Source: an uncultured Flavobacteriaceae bacterium (lineage in GTDB: Bacteria > Bacteroidota > Bacteroidia > Flavobacteriales > Flavobacteriaceae). From it: a stretch of 64,000 nt of DNA. The notes beneath the pieces are model-generated. The model had not been told where the DNA came from. It made no database searches and saw only the letters and a program-made list of their open reading frames with translations. Numbering within the stretch: position 1 is the stretch's first letter; every line of letters starts with the position of its first letter. Position numbers and translations under genes: made by a program. Location: NCBI GenBank assembly GCA_905181615.1, contig CAJIYH010000001.1, positions 86,082-150,081 on the forward strand, given 5' to 3'. Below are positions 61,877-64,000 of the stretch, piece by piece.

Positions 61877-62764
61877 ATGTCGGTAACACATAAGAAGTGG
61901 GGGTATCTAATTACACTTTCAATAATCTGGGGGAGTTCATATATCTTAATTAAAAAAGGACTTGTGGGGCTTACACCTCTTCAATTGGGTTCTTTTAGAA
62001 TATTATTTACAACTTCAATACTGTTGCTCTTCGGTTTTAATACCCTCAAAGGTTTGACAAGGGTTCAATGGAAATGGCTTGCTCATACAGGTTTCTATGG
62101 AACTTTTTTCCCCGCCTTTTTATTTGCTTTTGCAGAGACCGAAGTAGACAGTTCTGTAGCCTCTGTTCTTAATGGCTTAACCCCTTTATTTACACTTATT
62201 TTCGCTTTCTTTTTTTATCAAGTTAGAATAGTCAGAAAGCAAGTATTTGGAGTTTTGGTTGGACTTTTCGGAACCTTTCTATTGGTAACTCAAGAATTTT
62301 CATTCAGCACCTCTAATGATCCAAAGTATTCCTTACTGGTTGTTTGTGCTTCTGTTTTTTATGGAATCAATGTCAATATTTTAAAAAATAAACTTTCGGA
62401 TGTTTCTCCAATGGCGATTGCTCTTGGGAACTTTTTGATGATTGCTCCAGTAGCATTATTGATATTAATCTTCTCCGAATTTAATTGGACTGGGTTTTAT
62501 GAAGATGAAAAAATAATAACCTCTTTGGGGTATATATTAATTTTGTCTTTAGTCGGAACAGCTCTTGCTAAAGTTATGTTCAATAGGCTTCTAGATCTCT
62601 CTTCTCCTGTTTTTGCAGTTTCTATAACCTACCTTCTTCCAATTGTTGCAATTGGTTGGGGTCTTGTAGATGGCGAGAATTTTGGCGGTTTACAATGGGT
62701 GGCTGCCCTTCTAATAATCTGCGGAGTTTATTTGGTTACAGAAACAAAAAAAGCGCCTAAATAA
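61877..62764 (+). CDS. DMT superfamily (EamA-type) transporter
   Basis: 295 aa, 10 TM segments, two EamA-like halves. Confidence 0.8.
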   Translation: MSVTHKKWGYLITLSIIWGSSYILIKKGLVGLTPLQLGSFRILFTTSILLLFGFNTLKGLTRVQWKWLAHTGFYGTFFPAFLFAFAETEVDSSVASVLNGLTPLFTLIFAFFFYQVRIVRKQVFGVLVGLFGTFLLVTQEFSFSTSNDPKYSLLVVCASVFYGINVNILKNKLSDVSPMAIALGNFLMIAPVALLILIFSEFNWTGFYEDEKIITSLGYILILSLVGTALAKVMFNRLLDLSSPVFAVSITYLLPIVAIGWGLVDGENFGGLQWVAALLIICGVYLVTETKKAPK

Positions 62765-62794
62765 GGCGCTTTAAAAGTCAATTTAAAATTATTG

Positions 62795-64000
62795 TTAGTT
62801 AAATTCAGTTCTGTTTATAGTCCCGTTTAAAACAATAGATTTTGTTATAAAGTCAATGGATTGAGGGCCAAATGATTGAGTTGTTTTATGTGGAAATAAA
62901 ACACCTTCAATAGCTTTGTAGTCTCCTATTAACTCTTCTTGAGTAATAGTATTTCCTTGAACTTTCTGAGTTGTAGAAACTTTAATTTTTAAAAAGGTTT
63001 TCTGATCATAAAAAAAAGACTTGCTTTCTGATACTTCTAATTCAAAAGCTGCAATACCATTTACATCAGCAACCCTAGCCTTTACAGCAGAAGGATCTAA
63101 ACTCAGTTCAGCAAATATTTGACTATCCATGATTGCATTTTCAAGTTCTTCTCCGCTTAATTCAATACGTTTTCCTTGGGCCTCCATATAGCCTTTGTCC
63201 TGATTAACAACTTGTTTTTGCATAACATTACCCATCATACTTACGGTTCCGTAGAGCTGTTGAGAGTCCGTTTTTTTAGAAACAACTTCTAATTGCATTC
63301 CTTGCATTGTACCTTTACTGATTTCAACTTTTGACTTAATACTTTTTAGTTTATCAAGACCACCAAGTGCATCAAAGTAATTATTTAATATACTCGCTGA
63401 TGTAACACCTTCTGGAAGTTGACTAGAATAGTCTGGGCGTTCAGTTGGAGTTCCGTATTGATCGTAGTAAGATACCTTAAGTTTCTTTCCAAAAGGAGCA
63501 ACTTTTTCTAGGTTCTCCAAAACTTCACTTCCTTTTCCTGCTACAAAAATACGAGCGTTATCAAGTTTAATGTGCTTTTTGGTAGCGGCTAAAACATCAG
63601 CTACCGTTACTGCATTAATCTTTTGCAAGTAGGTTTTATAAAAATCTTCTGGAAGATTTTCTATACGAATGCTCAAAGCATATTGCGCGATAGTTGTTGG
63701 GCTTTCTAAAGCTAAAACAAAGTCACCTACATATTTAGCTTTTGCTTTGTCTAATTCTGTTTTAGTTACCTCCTCAATTCTAATTTTATCTAGCTCTTTC
63801 ACCAATTCAACTACAGAGCTATCTGTAACTGCGTTACGAACACTAGCAAAGGCTTTAATTCGTGCTCGAGTATACTTGTTGGTTTGCATTCTAGAATAAG
63901 ATCCATAAGTATATCCTTTGTCCTCTCTAAGATTCAAGAACAAGCGCGCTTCTCCACCGCCACCTAGTATACTATTCCCTAAAAGCATTGGAAAATAGTC
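62795..64000 (-). CDS. M16 (insulinase) family peptidase, C-terminal part (N-terminus outside window)
   Basis: The frame stays open to base 64000. ILGGGGEARLFLNLREDKGYTYG is the M16 C-domain signature. About 220 extra C-terminal residues follow. Confidence 0.75.
   Translation of the reverse strand, partial: DYFPMLLGNSILGGGGEARLFLNLREDKGYTYGSYSRMQTNKYTRARIKAFASVRNAVTDSSVVELVKELDKIRIEEVTKTELDKAKAKYVGDFVLALESPTTIAQYALSIRIENLPEDFYKTYLQKINAVTVADVLAATKKHIKLDNARIFVAGKGSEVLENLEKVAPFGKKLKVSYYDQYGTPTERPDYSSQLPEGVTSASILNNYFDALGGLDKLKSIKSKVEISKGTMQGMQLEVVSKKTDSQQLYGTVSMMGNVMQKQVVNQDKGYMEAQGKRIELSGEELENAIMDSQIFAELSLDPSAVKARVADVNGIAAFELEVSESKSFFYDQKTFLKIKVSTTQKVQGNTITQEELIGDYKAIEGVLFPHKTTQSFGPQSIDFITKSIVLNGTINRTEFN

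Overview
This window looks like a densely packed, low-GC chromosomal segment of a Bacteroidota bacterium, most likely Flavobacteriia. Supporting signs are gldD/gldE gliding genes, the panC / glgA-like / DUF4270 / glmS arrangement, TAnnTTTG-type -7 promoter boxes and the absence of Shine-Dalgarno sequences. About 65 genes are callable and nearly all are housekeeping: fatty-acid initiation (fabH-accB-accC), pdxA, ribE, asd, alr, tdk, rsmI, recJ, pgi, uvrC, ileS-dksA-like-lspA, recO, gdhA, radA, panCD, glmS, atpDC, rng, HU, mutY, ssb. I found no rRNA, tRNA or CRISPR array, no intact transposase or integrase, and no convincing multi-gene defence-type or otherwise novel system. The only accessory-looking stretch is about 1.7 kb directly downstream of glmS (42623-44335). 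It is visibly AT-rich and loosely packed. It holds a possible serine-recombinase relic and a membrane-protein + XRE-regulator pair with a palindromic operator, bracketed by a 15/16-nt inverted repeat. It also holds a small two-TM ORF and a 58-aa CDGSH iron-sulfur ORF that the ORF track misses. Other points worth a second look are a decayed GNAT acetyltransferase pseudogene with three lesions, an unlisted 29-aa Arg/Lys-rich ORF (bS22-like) between HU and rng, and an LtaS-like + DgkB-like lipid kinase operon. There is also a DUF4270 lipoprotein carrying an Asp-rich Ca-binding-like insert, and four convergent gene pairs with overlapping stop codons. All family names come from reading the translations and from memory of those families; no database search was run.
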